A stretch of DNA of 64,000 nt from Phoronis australis (lineage: Eukaryota > Animalia > Phoronida). Position 1 is the first letter of the stretch; each line of letters starts with the position of its first letter. The DNA lies in assembly GCA_002633005.1 (NCBI GenBank), contig NMRA01000122.1, positions 276,171 to 340,170 on the forward strand, given 5' to 3'. Below the pieces are notes generated by a model. It worked only from the letters and a program-made list of their open reading frames with translations, did no database searches and was not told where the DNA came from. Both the position numbers and the translations under genes were made by a program. This document shows positions 62,101 to 64,000 of this stretch, one piece after another.

Positions 62101-63581
62101 TTTCTGACGACGGTATTCGTCTGAGTAAGCTGCAGTAAATGGTAGTTTGCCAACCACCAGAGCATACATGTTGATACCCCTGAAACGACCAGTAAACGAG
62201 GTATGCTGAAGAACAAAGTAACTGAGAATTGTATTTTAGCCAGATTAACCGCTTTTTCAGAACTAAGGGTAAAGATTCTTGAATTTCAGACACAAAACTT
62301 TTACCAAACTTCCATTTACTGCTTCTAAAGGCTTATACTACTACAATGTAGCAAATCACCAACTGTTATTTGATACCAATACTGTAAACAGAACAAACCA
62401 CAGTTACAGCCAAATTAAACTTGTACTTGAACTTTTATTGAAAAATATAGGACCAAAACAGTATAATTATTCATTGAATATGCACATCATATATTACTCT
62501 TAAAAATTCCTGGTAATACTAACAAGATTTTTAATTGTGTGGACATAACCTGGTTACATTTTTGTGACCTCAGAAACACTGTAAGCACTCACAGTAAAAA
62601 AATTGCAGAAAAGAAACATCAAGCAGCCATTAAGAAATGGTAACCTACAAAATTTGATCCAAGCAAACAGTAGTATGAGGCCAATATTTAAATTCCTAAA
62701 ACATATACAAAAAGCAATATGAGGCCAATATTCAAATTTCATAAAACATGTTATACAAAAACAAGATGGGGACTATATTTAAATTTCATAAAACATATAC
62801 AAACAGCACTATGAGGTCCACATTCAAATTTCGTATAACATAATTATACAAGCAGGACCATATTTATTTTCATAAAACATCTAAGTACTCACAGGCTCCA
62901 TAAGTCCACCTCGGGTCCATATGTTTTGTTGTTGATGAATAGTTCTGGTGCCGCATACTCGGGGGAGCCACAGTGCGTACGCAGTGGTTCGTCACTCTTG
63001 TAGATATTGCTGAGACCAAAGTCTGGCAAGAAAATGATCTCTAAAGTACAATCTTTACGAATTGTCGTGCTCCTACTTATTAGCTGCACGCTGACTTCCT
63101 TCAAAACTATGGTTTATAGAAATAATTGCATTAAAAAGTTATATAGTCCTTCTAGAACAAAAACCCTAAGAAAGAGTGATTTTTTCATGGAAGCTCACTA
63201 CAAATGGCTCATTTTCTTTTCACACACACTCACTAAATGGATGGGTACCCTAATTACGCTGAGGCCCCCTTCCCAAGGAGCCGATCCTCAAAAAACAAAT
63301 GGCTTCATGACCATTTTTTTACTCGTCGATCCCTTGTCTGGGGAAAAAAGGGTTTTTTAAATAGCCGAGATGTTGGATTTTGACACAGTTTCTATGATAG
63401 AGCGTGACGGAACACAATTTGAATCACAGGAAATGAGTAAGAAGGAAATATCCCCTTATTTAACATGGGTGTGACTGTGCACTTAATTAGCGTGCAAACA
63501 GCAAAACCAGTGCAACACATACCTACTATCTTGATAGTTCTCTTCTTCTCATCCAACAAAATGTTCTCCATCTTCAAATCT
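50135..63581 (-). CDS. AMPK-related (CAMKL; HUNK/MARK-like) Ser/Thr kinase, 3' part: kinase C-lobe, UBA-like domain, long Ser-rich tail; N-terminus beyond the window
   Basis: In-phase exons: 63523-63581 ([10 protein letters not shown]), 62893-63022 ([32 protein letters not shown]), 62034-62179 ([15 protein letters not shown]), 61100-61254, 59786-59915 (UBA-like ..SAMFNML), 59033-59227, 58316-58473, 56085-56967, 55011-55092, 53184-53245, 52761-52822, 50223-50580, 50135-50157 (or read-through stop at 50203). Tail exons rest on splice and phase fit only. Confidence 0.85.
50223..50580 (-). CDS. Kinase tail exon near the C-terminus
   Basis: [28 protein letters not shown]...; phase-0 acceptor fits the upstream exon. 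Confidence 0.6.
52498..52644. mobile_element. 147-bp dimeric MITE, TIR CATGGGCGGC, flanked by TCAGT direct repeats
   Basis: tcagt|CATGGGCGGC..GCCGCCCATG|tcagt; two ~75-bp internal units. Confidence 0.75.
52761..52822 (-). CDS. Kinase tail exon
   Basis: [21 protein letters not shown]; phases fit. Confidence 0.55.
53184..53245 (-). CDS. Kinase tail exon
   Basis: [21 protein letters not shown]|gtgaga; phases fit. Confidence 0.55.
54118..54558. repeat. 40-bp minisatellite x~11
   Basis: agcaaacatccagtcttacacggtcattaccatcgcatac units. Confidence 0.93.
55011..55092 (-). CDS. Kinase tail exon
   Basis: Strong pyrimidine tract + cag; [27 protein letters not shown]; phases fit. Confidence 0.6.
56085..56967 (-). 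CDS. Kinase tail, large exon (883 nt)
   Basis: Overlaps the 290-aa ORF; tttcag acceptor, G|gtaacc donor. Confidence 0.78.
57245..57760 (-). mobile_element. Truncated HINE-family copy in a kinase intron
   Basis: aacaagag..actgcaccgcaaacggtacgcttct 3' end (cf. 22668-22735) and internal TGGCCACTAGGTGGGGC unit. Confidence 0.65.
58316..58473 (-). CDS. Kinase tail exon
   Basis: [19 protein letters not shown]..; phases fit. Confidence 0.62.
59033..59227 (-). CDS. Kinase tail exon
   Basis: Ser-rich, ag/gt, phases fit. Confidence 0.7.
59786..59915 (-). CDS. Kinase exon (UBA-like)
   Basis: [43 protein letters not shown]. Confidence 0.82.
60426..60516. repeat. 42-bp tandem duplication
   Basis: ttctaaatcttcctacttctgtcacaagtgagaatgtgWcgg x2.2. 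Confidence 0.88.
61100..61254 (-). CDS. Kinase exon (subdomain XI)
   Basis: [30 protein letters not shown]...ALRAQ. Confidence 0.9.
61711..61898. repeat. 20-bp minisatellite (TGTGTAATATGAGGAAGAGA) x~9
   Basis: Direct reading, near-perfect. Confidence 0.95.
62034..62179 (-). CDS. Kinase exon (subdomains IX-X)
   Basis: [34 protein letters not shown]..., cag/gtaggt. Confidence 0.92.
62660..62880. repeat. Degenerate ~45-55-bp tandem repeat
   Basis: Recurring tatgaggccaatatt(c/t)aaatttcataaaacat units. Confidence 0.65.
62893..63022 (-). CDS. Kinase exon (DFG to APE)
   Basis: [44 protein letters not shown], cag/gtgagt. Confidence 0.95.
63523..63581 (-). CDS. Kinase exon (catalytic loop)
   Basis: [20 protein letters not shown], cag/gtatgt. 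Confidence 0.93.
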
Positions 63582-64000
63582 CTGCAAATAAAATAAAGCA
63601 TTATTTACAAACGCACAGGAAATCAAAAACAGAGTAACAAAGTTTTATACAAACTGTGCAGTAATATGACTTCATCTCTTTTTCAAGTCAGCTGTTAGAG
63701 GAGCATTCAAAATCAAGTTCATCAAACTGTCAATCAAATGATGAGTGACAGTTGGCATGAAGTCATGACCTCAGGTTATGTTTGGGAATGTCCAGCAAAC
63801 AGTGCCACTTCTCTGAATATTACATTGAATTCTGATTTTGTACTAAGCATCTGTGGAACATCGCGCTAAAATTAGTTTGCCATTTGTCATTCTGTTATGA
63901 ATAGAGTTTTACTGTTGCATAGTGATTAGCAATGTAGGATTGAAAAATTGAAGAGCTGAGCGAGGCACGATAAAACATTTCTCACTAGTTTCACTTGGCT

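Overview
AT-rich, intron-rich animal genomic DNA. It looks like a spiralian/mollusc-type invertebrate, but the taxon is inferred only. Four protein-coding genes can be rebuilt exon by exon with consistent GT-AG phases. (1) The 3' part of UHRF1 (+, 518-8066; PHD-SRA-polybasic linker-RING). (2) MAPK15/ERK7 (-, 15073-30107), with one obligatory exon missing, probably inside the N-gap. (3) OSBPL9/ORP9 (+, 33100-38469), unusually in only two coding exons and head-to-head with MAPK15. (4) The 3' part of an AMPK-related (CAMKL, HUNK/MARK-like) kinase with a UBA domain and a ~600-aa Ser-rich tail (-, 50135-63581). Introns and intergenic DNA hold many non-autonomous elements. These include Helentron-type HINEs whose ~150-bp internal repeats each carry a CTCF-like motif, a gag-only LTR retroelement nested in one HINE, a TTAA-flanked fold-back element made of two THAP-start left ends, several MITEs and many minisatellites. 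The two most striking patterns are the HINE-borne CTCF-motif arrays and the repeated tandem copying of exon 3' ends plus their splice donors into the next intron (three consecutive UHRF1 exons and one MAPK15 exon). All calls come from manual reading; no database searches were run.
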